Source: Lama guanicoe
Taxonomy: Eukaryota
Assembly: GCA_013239625.1 (NCBI GenBank)
Contig: MU053493.1
Coordinates: 691,793-755,792, forward strand
DNA: 64,000 nucleotides
Direction of reading: 5' to 3'
Shown: one piece after another, positions 26,623 through 36,219 of the stretch
Position numbering within the stretch: position 1 is the stretch's first letter
How the letters are laid out: the number at the start of each line of letters is the position of its first letter
Made by a program: the position numbers and the translations under genes
The notes under the pieces: generated by a model
Told to the model about the DNA's origin: nothing
Database searches by the model: none
Seen by the model: only the letters and a program-made list of their open reading frames with translations

Positions 26623-26705
26623 TTGCATCGCGCGCGCATGTGTGTGTGTATCTATATCTATATCTATATCTATATCTATATCTATATCAAATACATACAT
26701 ATATA
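26623..26705. repeat. Compound microsatellite (CG)n(TG)n(TCTATA)n
   Basis: cgcgcgcgcatgtgtgtgtgtatctatatctata... Confidence 0.9.
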
Positions 26706-26859
26706 TTTTTTAAATCCCTCCGGCTCGGGTTTTGCCATATCTGAGCTCAAACCACGCCATCTCCCCCCTCATGGACGCCTTCCATGTTCCCAGTGGTCTC
26801 TTCCCAACTCTATACCACAGTACAGTGATTTCTAAAACATAGGTCCGGTCCTGTCACTG

Positions 26860-27192
26860 TCCTGTGGAAACTCATCCATGGGCAGTCCGATTAGGCTGCA
26901 ATTGGGGACCGGACAGTGCGGGGAGGGATCTCGTGTCAGTCAGGATTCCTGGTAGACGCCCCTCTGCACTATCCACTTGTGGTGGTCGGGGGCGGGGAAG
27001 GGGCGGGATTGAGCCCCCTTCCCCCCTCCTCCTTACTGCGGAAAGCTGCAGAGCTAAGGGCGCTCACTTCCTACTCACCAGTCAGCGGGGAGGAATCCTC
27101 TGAGCAGCCACGTAGGCATTCTCTTCTCTCTGGAGGAAAAGGCCCAGCAGCTGTCGGAGGAAAAGGCTCACCAGCTGTCAGAGCGAAGGGAC
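26860..27192 (+). promoter_or_regulatory. MAGEL2 promoter and 5'UTR: GC boxes and CpG-rich start
   Basis: GGGGCGGGG and GGGGCGGG Sp1-type boxes at about 26988-27007, an ETS-like CACTTCCT at 27065, and CpG density rising into the CDS. No TATA box is evident. Confidence 0.7.
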
Positions 27193-30100
27193 ATGTCGCA
27201 GCTAAGTAAGAATTTGGGTGATTCGAGTCCCCCGGCGGAGGCCCCCAAGCCTCCAGTCTATAGCCGCCCTACGGTTCTGATGCGGGCCCCGCCCGCTTCC
27301 TCCCGGGCTCCGCCAGTCCCTTGGGATCCACCTCCGATTGATTTGCAGGCTTCACTGGCCGCTTGGCAGGCACCTCAGCCTGCCTGGGAGGCCCCGCAGG
27401 GCCAGCCGCCTGCCCCAGTGGCTCCGATGGCCCAACCTCCATCCCTAGGGGCTCCGATGGTCCAGGCTCCCCCTCTGGGAGGCCCGATGGGGAAGCCTCC
27501 GACTCCCGGAGTCCTGATGGTGCATCCTCCCCCTCCGGGAGCCCCGATGGCCCAGCCTCCGACTCCGGGAGTCCTGATGGTGCATCCTTCGGCTCCCGGG
27601 GCCCCCATGGCCCATCCTCCTCCTCCTGGGACCCCGATGGCCCACCCTCCTCCTCCCGGGACCCCGATGGCCCATCCTCCCCCTCCCGGGACTCCGATGG
27701 TGCATCCTCCCCCTCCTGCGACCCCGATGGCGCATCCTCCCCCTCCCGGGACCCCGATGGCGCATCCTCCCCCTCCGGGGACCCCGATGGCGCATCCTCC
27801 GCCTCCGGGGACCCCGATGGCGCATCCTCCCCCTCCGGGGACACCGATGGCCCAGCCTCCAGCTCCGGGAGTCCTGATGGTCCAGCCGCCTGCTCCGGGA
27901 GTCCTGATGGTCCAGCCGCCTGCTCCAGGAGCCCCGATGGCCCAGCCTCCGCCTCCAGCAGCCTTGATGGCCCAGCCTCCGCCTCCAGTAGCCCCGATGG
28001 CCAAGCCTCCTGCTCCAGGAGTCCTGATGGTCCATTCTGCAGGGTCGAGAGCTCAGATCGCCCAGCCTCCAGCTACAGGAGCCCCGATGGTGCAGCCGCC
28101 GGCCCCACCTGCTCAGCCTATGGCTTCTTGGGCCCCACAGGCTCAGCCTCTGATCCTGCAGATCCAGTCACAGGTTATAAGGGCTCCTCCACCGGTTCCC
28201 CAGGGCCCGCAGGCCCCGCCGGCGCCACTGGCCACACCCCCGGGCTGGCAGGCCACCTCGCCGGGGTGGCAGGCCCCACCTCAAGGCTGGCAGGCCACGT
28301 CCCTGGGCTGGCAGGCCACGCAGGTCACCTGGCAGGCTCCGACCATTGCCTGGCCGGCGCCTCCACCTGTGCGTCAGGGGCCACCACCCATCCGCCCGGG
28401 CCCGCCACCCATCCGCCCGGGCCCCCCGCCGATACGCCAGGCCCCACCCCCAATCCGCCAGGCCCCTCCCCTGATCCGCCAGGCACCGCCACCCATCCGA
28501 CCTGCCCCACAGGTACTGACCACCCCACCACCACTCTGGCAGGCTCTGCCGCCCCCACCACCACTGAGGCAGGCCCCGCAGGCTCGGCTGCCCACCCCGC
28601 AGCTGCGGGCGGCCCCACCGGTGCGAGCGCCTCCACCAATTCGGGTGGCCCCGCCAGCACCTCAGGTGCCCACGGCGCCTCCTGCTGGCCCCCAGGCGCC
28701 CCCAGTGGCCATGCCGGCCCCTCTCCCGGCCCCACTGCCTGCCCCCCAGGCTGCGCACTGCCCACCCATCATCTGGCAGGCCCCCAAAGGCCAAGCCCCG
28801 GTGCCACACGAGATGCCGACATCGATGGAGTTCCAGGATGTGCAGCAAGGCCAGGCGCTGACCTGGCAGGCGCCAAAGGCCCCTGGGCAGTTCTGGCAGC
28901 CCCTGCCCACCCAGGAGGCCCAGAGGCAGGGCCCATCGTTGGTTCAACTGGAGCAGCCCTTTCAGGGGGCCCCAGCCTCCCAAAAGGCCCTGCAAATCCA
29001 GCTACCCCCCCAGCAGGCCCAGCCCTCGGGTTCGCAGGCAGAGCTGCCATCCCTGCAACCCCAGCCCTCCTGGCAGGGCCCCCCTGCAGCCTCGCAGGGC
29101 CAGCCCGGAGCCCCCCTAGCAGGGGCAAATTTTCCCATGGGCTGTGATAAATCATTGATGACTCCTTCAGGAGAATCCAGGGCCTCTTCTATAGACCGAA
29201 GGACCTCTTCAAAGGAACGTAGGACCTCTTCGAAGGAACGCAGGGCTCCTTCGAAGGATCGCATGATCTTTGCTGGCACCTTTTGTGCTCCGAGGGCAGT
29301 GCCGACTGCCCGGGCGCACCTGCCTACGCCCTGGAAGAACTTGCCTGGGGCATCAGAGACCTTTACTGCCACCCCGAGGGTCTTTCCAGCTACCTCCCAG
29401 TTCCAGCCTGCCTCTTCGAATGCCTTTCAGGGCCCCTCTGCCAGCTCAGAGGCCCCAAAGTCACTGCCATTTGCTCTGCAGGATCCCTTTGCCTGCGTCG
29501 AGGCCCTGCCGGCAGTTCCGTGGGTGCCACAGCCCAATGTGAGTGCCTCGAAGGCGTCCAAGGCAGTGCCCACCATCCTGCTGGCCACGGCAGCTGCCCC
29601 CAAGGCAATGGCCACCACTCAAGAGGCCTCGAAGACCGCCGCTGAGCCTCCTCGTCGGTCAGGCAAAGCCACCCGGAAGAAGAAGCACCTGAACACGGAG
29701 GAGGATGGCAGTGGTCAGATGCTGGGCATGCGCAACTGGCAGCCCCCCCGGCGCTGGGAGAGTGTGGACTTGAATGAGTGGGGGGTCCTAGGTGGCTGGG
29801 AGGGCCCAAGCACCTCCCATGGTCTGAGTGGCTGGGAGGGTCCTAGCACCTCCAGGATCCTGAGTGGCTGGGAGGGGCCCAGCACATCGTGGGCTCTGAG
29901 TGCCTGGGAGGGTCCGAGCACCTCCAGGGCCTTGGGTCTCTGGGAAAGCTCATGCAGCCCTCAGTCCTTGGTCATCTCTGAGCTCCCCAATCTGGCTCAG
30001 GGATTCGGTGCCCCCCAGGATGACCCCACACTGGAGAGGCAGCCACTGTCTCCCTTAGATGAGAGGGCTAATGCACTGGTGCAGTTCCTCTTGGTCAAGG

Positions 30101-30741
30101 ACCAAGCCAAGGTGCCCATCAGGCGCTCAGAGATGGTGAGATTCGTCATCCGTGAATACAAGGACGAGTGCTTAGAGATTATCAACCGTGCCAACCACAA
30201 GCTGGAGTGTGTTTTTGGTTATCAGCTGAAGGAGATTGATCCCAAAAACCACTCTTACATTCTTGTCAACAAGAGTCACAAGGGGGGAGCAGGGCCGTCC
30301 TACCTGGACCGGCCCAAGTTAGGCCTCCTGATGGTGGTCCTGAGCCTCATCTTTATGAAGGGCAATTGTGTCCGGGCAGACCTGATCTTTAATTTTCTGT
30401 ACAAATTGGGGCTGGATGTCCGGGAGACCCACAGTCTCTTCGGAAACACAAGGAAGCTCATCACCAAAGTGTTTGTGAGGCAGAAGTACCTGGAGTACAG
30501 GCGGGTCCCCCTCACTGAGCCCGCAGAGTATGAGTTCCTCTGGGGCCCCCGAGCATTCCTCGAAACCAGCAAGATGCTTGTGCTGAAGTTTCTGGCCAGG
30601 CTCCATAAGAAAGATCCACAGTGCTGGCCGTTCCAGTACTTGGAGGCTCTGGCAGAGTGTGAGTCTGAAGATGCTGATAAGGATGAGCCTGGCCCCGGTG
30701 ATAACGCCGATGACCCCACCAGCAGCCCCCCTCCCAGCTAA
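27193..30741 (+). CDS. MAGEL2: MAGE-like protein 2, single exon, 1182 aa
   Basis: Long uninterrupted ORF starting [34 protein letters not shown]. It has Pro-rich [10 protein letters not shown] repeats, GWEGPSTS repeats and a C-terminal MAGE homology domain ([13 protein letters not shown]...[19 protein letters not shown]...EALAE, about 30055-30657). Confidence 0.98.
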   Translation: MSQLSKNLGDSSPPAEAPKPPVYSRPTVLMRAPPASSRAPPVPWDPPPIDLQASLAAWQAPQPAWEAPQGQPPAPVAPMAQPPSLGAPMVQAPPLGGPMGKPPTPGVLMVHPPPPGAPMAQPPTPGVLMVHPSAPGAPMAHPPPPGTPMAHPPPPGTPMAHPPPPGTPMVHPPPPATPMAHPPPPGTPMAHPPPPGTPMAHPPPPGTPMAHPPPPGTPMAQPPAPGVLMVQPPAPGVLMVQPPAPGAPMAQPPPPAALMAQPPPPVAPMAKPPAPGVLMVHSAGSRAQIAQPPATGAPMVQPPAPPAQPMASWAPQAQPLILQIQSQVIRAPPPVPQGPQAPPAPLATPPGWQATSPGWQAPPQGWQATSLGWQATQVTWQAPTIAWPAPPPVRQGPPPIRPGPPPIRPGPPPIRQAPPPIRQAPPLIRQAPPPIRPAPQVLTTPPPLWQALPPPPPLRQAPQARLPTPQLRAAPPVRAPPPIRVAPPAPQVPTAPPAGPQAPPVAMPAPLPAPLPAPQAAHCPPIIWQAPKGQAPVPHEMPTSMEFQDVQQGQALTWQAPKAPGQFWQPLPTQEAQRQGPSLVQLEQPFQGAPASQKALQIQLPPQQAQPSGSQAELPSLQPQPSWQGPPAASQGQPGAPLAGANFPMGCDKSLMTPSGESRASSIDRRTSSKERRTSSKERRAPSKDRMIFAGTFCAPRAVPTARAHLPTPWKNLPGASETFTATPRVFPATSQFQPASSNAFQGPSASSEAPKSLPFALQDPFACVEALPAVPWVPQPNVSASKASKAVPTILLATAAAPKAMATTQEASKTAAEPPRRSGKATRKKKHLNTEEDGSGQMLGMRNWQPPRRWESVDLNEWGVLGGWEGPSTSHGLSGWEGPSTSRILSGWEGPSTSWALSAWEGPSTSRALGLWESSCSPQSLVISELPNLAQGFGAPQDDPTLERQPLSPLDERANALVQFLLVKDQAKVPIRRSEMVRFVIREYKDECLEIINRANHKLECVFGYQLKEIDPKNHSYILVNKSHKGGAGPSYLDRPKLGLLMVVLSLIFMKGNCVRADLIFNFLYKLGLDVRETHSLFGNTRKLITKVFVRQKYLEYRRVPLTEPAEYEFLWGPRAFLETSKMLVLKFLARLHKKDPQCWPFQYLEALAECESEDADKDEPGPGDNADDPTSSPPPS
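27421..28110 (+). repeat. Coding 30-bp (10-aa) tandem repeat, 23 in-phase units
   Basis: ATG recurs every 30 bp from 27427 to 28087 (ATC at 28057). Eight consecutive [A/V]HPPPP[G/A]TPM units form the core. Confidence 0.95.
28243..28510 (+). repeat. Coding 21-bp (7-aa) repeats: GWQATxx followed by [14 protein letters not shown]
   Basis: Visible in both DNA (ggctggcaggcc...; atccgcc...) and protein. Confidence 0.9.
29791..29946 (+). repeat. Coding 39-bp (13-aa) repeat [12 protein letters not shown], 4 units
   Basis: The unit tgggagggNccNagcac recurs every 39 bp. Confidence 0.9.
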
Positions 30742-31167
30742 TGTGGTTTAGCAGCTACCTTCTCTCTCATTGTTCCTGTTCCTTTGGGTCCCCGGCCAAA
30801 GGCCACTGACAGGGTGGGGTGGGGGGGACGTTTTGTTTCTGGTGTTTATGTTCCAGTTCTTTCTCTGTGTAAGTTTGGACTTCAACTTGCTTTCGTATCT
30901 GCCAAAGCTTTGTACATTTTTCATGTGGTGTTGATTTCAATCAGCTACTGTTCTCTTTGGTATTTTGGCATCTGTATTTTTTAAGTGAGATCTGTGATTC
31001 TCCTGTTTTGTGTTATAATTGTTAAGTTTTTTGGTATCAGAGTTGTGCTGGCTTTGTGAAATGAATTGAGAAGCTCTCCATCTCATTCTGGTACAGATGA
31101 TGTAGCATCAAACTAGGCTGTTCTTTGATGTTAAAAATGACTCATCAGTTAAAGCTGTCTGCAGAAA

Positions 31168-31173
31168 AATAAA
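31168..31173 (+). terminator. Probable MAGEL2 polyadenylation signal
   Basis: AATAAA about 430 nt after the stop codon, following a U-rich 3'UTR and followed by a GU-rich element (gtgtttgtctttattct, about 31219). Confidence 0.75.
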
Positions 31174-32221
31174 TATCTATATCTATATATATAAATATAA
31201 TTTCAGCATAACATGGAAGTGTTTGTCTTTATTCTAATTTTTATTCCAGATGGTGGAAGCCAAGTTCACCCAAATGGAGCTGAGCATCAAGACAACAATC
31301 AGGGAGAGTAGGAACCATGGTGACAAAGCTGTTTTTCAAAGACAGTGCTACACGCATCACAGCGATGCAGTGATTGTGTTGGGTGGTGAGACGTAGGATT
31401 GCCATAAAAGCAGGGTGAAAACTTTACAAGTCAGCGAGGCTGAATCAAGAAGAGGTGGTCTATCTCCTCTGATCTGATCCTCGCAATGGTCCTTCAAAGT
31501 AAGCATCATTCCCATTTTCTAGGTGAGTGTATAAGGCTCAAGTAGATTAATTAAATGGGACATGTCAGTGCCAGGAAGGTCAGTAAATTTGTACTGTGAA
31601 GCAGAAAATTTTCTTAAGGTTATATGGGAAGGGAGGACCACATGCCTACAGGACTATAAGAATCCAGATTTGTTCGTCACATGGATGTCCAGCAGCTCAG
31701 GGAATTTGGGCTTATCAACACTTTGACACTGACATTGAAACATGCTCCTTGAAAAACATCCAGGTTTATAACAGGGAAGAGGAAATACCAGGCTGCAATG
31801 AATTGGGGATCCTGCAGGGTGCTGGTGGCCGGTGGGGAGAAGGATGGGGACCACATGGGGGTTCAACCTAAGCCCCTGGGAAGAGGTCATCAATCATAAC
31901 ACACTGGGGACGTCAGCCTGCGACGTCGGAGGCTTCTAAATAATGGTAGTTAGCCCTTGGGGGCAGGCCTGGTGTGGGAGGGAAGGTGATGGGGAAGTGA
32001 ACCCACCTGAGTGTTTTGGAGAAAGATATTCATGCACACTTGACTGGGCTGGTGTATGCAAAAGGATTCCCCTGAAGTTACTACTCTTTCCCGATGGATG
32101 GGGAACATGAGCTTTGCTACTGCATCTCCACTGTCCTGGAAGGATCCAGAACCCCACCCTAACCCGCCCTTCTCTGGGTGGGGATGAATTTCCAGAGGAG
32201 TAAATGGCTAAAATGGTATTC

Positions 32222-32290
32222 TCCTGCCACCTAGCGGCACGTTACGGTTCTGCCGCTCCTGACGCCGCGCAGTGCAACCCGGGCGGCGAG
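32222..32290 (-). promoter_or_regulatory. CpG micro-cluster with a CTCF motif and two ZFP57 hexamers
   Basis: The minus strand reads GCCGCTAGGTGGCAGGA (CTCF core). GCGGCA lies at 32234-32239 and TGCCGC at 32251-32256. There are about 10 CpGs in 55 bp. Confidence 0.6.
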
Positions 32291-33924
32291 GATTAACCTC
32301 ACACCCCAAACACCTGGGTTTAGGTTAGTACTTGATTCACAACTTTTGCCCACAATTTTACCTGCATTCCTGCCCAAACGTTTCCCTTTTTATGTCACAG
32401 GACAAGGTGAAACCTCTTCTCCAAGTCCTAGCACCTAGGAAGTTGAGATTCCAGACGGAAGATGAATTCAGGACGGAGAGTCTGTTCTGAGCACAGAGCT
32501 GTGCTTTCTAGGATGACTGCCTCCACCCCAGGACCTGCCCGGCTCAGGCCGTCTGTGGCAAGTTGTCCAAGTGGTCAGGTCTTCCAGAAATTCGGAGGGG
32601 GTTTCTTGTAAACTCCGCGGGTCTGAGAGTACCCTGCTTCTGCCCCAATCAATCTTCGGTAATTTTGACACCAACAAGTACCCATTGAAGTTAACAACAT
32701 CGTCCCAGCGGAACACCATCCCCAAAAGAGGCTTTGCTGGGCTAAGAAATGGGCATGAAGGTCTGATATTTCTCTTTGGGTTTTACTTTATTTATTGTTA
32801 TTTTTTAAAAGAGTTTTCTCCAAATCATTTACTCATGGGGGACTGTTCATCTTTGTGGAAAAAGTTTGGAAAGTGGCCTCTTAAGACTTTGGTCCCATGC
32901 TTAAGATACAGTCTACTCCACGGCAGAAAGGCTCATCTTCCATTTGCAGTTCTCCATCTCATTTATCTTATAATCAGATATAAAGCAAATCACCTTATCT
33001 AAGCAATGCCAGGGGCTGAAGACCTGGCCTGAATTAAAATGTATTGAGAGATAAATTACAACAGTAATAAAATTTTAACAGGAAAGAAAAGAAATTGGCT
33101 GAATAGTCAACTGAAAAGTTTAAGAAAAAACCGCTGACATGATGAAATCAGGAGGCGGAAAACAAAAACCCAGGAAAATGTGAAAATACACGGTAAGAAG
33201 CAATGGGAGAAAGTCCGAGACCCATTATTTCAAAATTCTAAAATGTAGCTATGTTTAGTATGAAGATTTTTATTTTGAAATGAAGAAAAAAATAAAACCT
33301 CTGTAAACTAAATGGACAAATGACATCAGGTGACAAATATATATATATATATATATAAATGGAAAGTGTCATTGAAAACTGTTCCACCACAATAATATAA
33401 AGACATAAATATTAGACCAGTATTCCAGCTTTCATGTATTACATTGGTATAGGATAAAGTAAAAGCTCATGGAATATCCAGAATAAAGTTTTTATAAAAC
33501 TTGCACCCTTATACACTACCAATGAAAGTATGCATTACTACAAATTGCCTTGAAATAATTCAGCCAACAACATCTTCAAGAGATTTAAAAATGTTAATGC
33601 TGTTTTATCTAGACATCCCTCATAAGGGAATATATTGAATAGAAAACAAATCTGCAATAGAGGCAAAGGCTTTTTCACACAGAGAGGTGCTTAGGAGAGT
33701 GGAGGGGACTTATTATGAAATACACACCTGTCCCCCCACACAAACACACTAGTGTCAGTCAAGGTGGTCCTGTGAGTTTTCTGTTGAAAAGACCCAAGGC
33801 TTCTTTAGAAAATGACTTGCAGTTTGCTCCCTCACAAAATTATGTGCTGCAGATCAGAGAAATGACAACCTGTACCTGGAAACTCTGAAAGTGGGTTCTA
33901 GTAGACCCCCATCAAAGTGTGGAC

Positions 33925-34155
33925 TGTAAATAAGTTCATTTATGTCATTGTTTTGGATTCCACATGTAAGTGATATCATATGGTATTTGTCCTTATAAAA
34001 TAGATAAATAAGGTCCTACTGTATACCACAGGGAACTATATTCAATATCTTGTAGTAACGTGTAAGGAAAAATTACATATATATGTATAACTGAATTAGT
34101 ATGCCATACAGCTGAAACTAACAGAAAACTGTAAATCAACTATACTTCAACTGCA
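33925..34155 (+). mobile_element. Short L1 3'UTR with inverted 5' segment
   Basis: About 33925-33990 is antisense (gattccacatgtaagtgatatcatatggtatttgtc), followed by sense aaggtcctactgtat...aactatacttcaa. Confidence 0.7.
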
Positions 34156-34606
34156 ACCAAACAATGCCAGGGAATGAGCTCAGTAAAAGCCATTTCATAT
34201 TAAACTGTAGACTCTTAAAGAAGAGACATTTAAAGTGTTTCTCAGAGTGATGAAACCAGTGCACTGTTTTAAAGGATGTTAGTTATAAGCCAGTTAATAT
34301 TTCAGGGTGTTTACCTAAAAATGATGCTCTGAATTTTAGGGTAATATTTCTATAAATAAGCCTTTCCTCCCGAGAGCAGGAAAGACAAGGAAGCACCAGT
34401 TGCTTGTGCAAACCAAACATAAAGGTACGTGGTCAGCAGACAAGAATGCATCACTGCAGCTGGGATGAACAGAGGACTCTCTGTGGCATGTAGCACATTT
34501 ACCCTCAGAGTTAGAGACACACCCACACCACGTGGCACCTTCTTGTCCATTGCCAGAATACTCAGAAGGACATGGGAGCAGCGCTGACTCTCCTACCTCT
34601 GGGTAC

Positions 34607-35096
34607 TGAGGTGGGAAGCCCCATGAAAAAGACAGCAGGACGCCCCAGACAGGGTCACTACCCTCCTACCAGCACCATTTGGTTCCTTGGTCCAGCGGCA
34701 TTATTTCACTTTTTAAACTCTGGAAACACAGCTTACTTCTAAGAAAACGGAACTTACCCCCTAAGATTCTATTGGTTCCCTGTGCTAACTCCTGATTGGT
34801 CCATTTCTCTCACTCCTAATTGGCCCATTTCTCTCACTTCTGATTGGTCCATTTCTACAAAGCTTGTTCCTAATTAGTCACTTTTGTTACACCTTATTTG
34901 CATATGATGTTGCAAAGTGTACACTGGCAGCCTATAAAAGCCTATGTAAATCTACAGATGGGGTCCAGAAGTGTTAACTCTTTTGGGCCCGCTGGCATAA
35001 TAAACCTGAATTCTCCAACCCTCTGAGTGATGCTTTGTCTCTCGCCCGGATCCAGGTTGCTGTCACAACTGAGCTGTAACAAACTTTGCTGCAACA
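34607..35096 (+). mobile_element. Solo ERV LTR (ERV1-like), 490 bp
   Basis: TG...CA ends and a 4-bp flank gtac/ctac (one mismatch). Four ATTGG boxes, ATTTGCAT at 34896, TATAAAA at 34933, AATAAA at 34999. Confidence 0.8.
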
Positions 35097-36219
35097 CTAC
35101 CAGCACCTAAACTGGGGGCACCTTTTCCCCGTTTGGTCAGTCTATCAGACCTGCCAGTTTTGCCACTTCACATGGCCACTGTCCTACCTTCTTTCCATTC
35201 CTGCAGCCACTATTTCTTGCCTGGATTTGGCAGCTGCCTTTGAGTGGCCCCTACCCTCAGTATTGCCTCTCATGCAAACAGCTGCATTGGCTGCCCAGAT
35301 CATAACACTTCATTCTGTCTAAACCACTTGATGGCTCTTTATATTCCCCAGAATTAGACATAGCCCCTCCTCAGCTCACTTTCCTCATCCTGTGGGTCAA
35401 GGATCATCAAGTTAGAGGTGGTTTCATCTAAATTGGGATTTACAAATGAGGCAATGAGGCCAGGGGTCCCTCTGCTGGGTAGTCAGAGGAACTCCTGTGT
35501 GAATCGTATTCTGCATTGACATCCAGGTGTGTCAGCAGGATGAGTCTTAAGGAGAAGACCCTGGCTTTTAGTTTACAGACTTCCTGGTTTCTCTTGGAAA
35601 GTCCTGGGGCACTAGAAAGACATCTGGCTTCTCTGGAAAGAATCTCTAGGGAAGGAATCTCAGGAACCCATCTTTAGAGAACAAGCCACACTTCTCTGAG
35701 TGCAAGCAATTTCTTTCTTCCAAATTGTCCAGAGGGTCCCAGTGTGAATCCCACGAAGAGAATTCTAACACTACTAGCCCATTGGTCCAAGCCACTAGGG
35801 CTTTTAGATTCTGAAAGTTATATTGGCCCCTTTCTGTTTTGAGAGATGGCACCTTCAATACTAGTCCCCTCCTGTTTGCTTGATGGCACTGCAGGAATCA
35901 CTCTGGTTTCTCAGGGGGATACCCTTCTCTTTGCAAATGAGTTTACTCTGCCAACTGCCAGTGCTCCTCCCAGGGAGTCTCTCTGTCTTTCTCTGCCCTC
36001 ATTTGTTCAGACTAACTTCAGCTTGAGAACCACACTTAACAGAGGGATTCGTGTTGTCCACCTAACCAGCAATGACCACGGAAGAATTTTCTAGATCTAG
36101 TAGACTTCCTAGGGTGTGCTGTGTGGTGGCTCAGAATCTCCTCTGAAACAGAGCTGGCTAGGGCCACAAAGCTTTGGGATTTGAGTGTTGGCTTTGTTGG
36201 CTTCTGAAAGACATCCTTA

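Noticed and set aside
26195..26713. 172-aa ORF upstream of MAGEL2
   Set aside because: Pyrimidine-rich low-complexity sequence ending in a microsatellite, with no homology recognised.
27421..28110. Regularly spaced 30-bp repeats resembling a CRISPR array
   Set aside because: Head-to-tail coding repeats without unique spacers, in a mammalian gene, with no cas genes.
27269..30719. Many antisense and shifted-frame ORFs over MAGEL2
   Set aside because: Shadow ORFs of a GC-rich repetitive CDS with no independent domain or promoter evidence.
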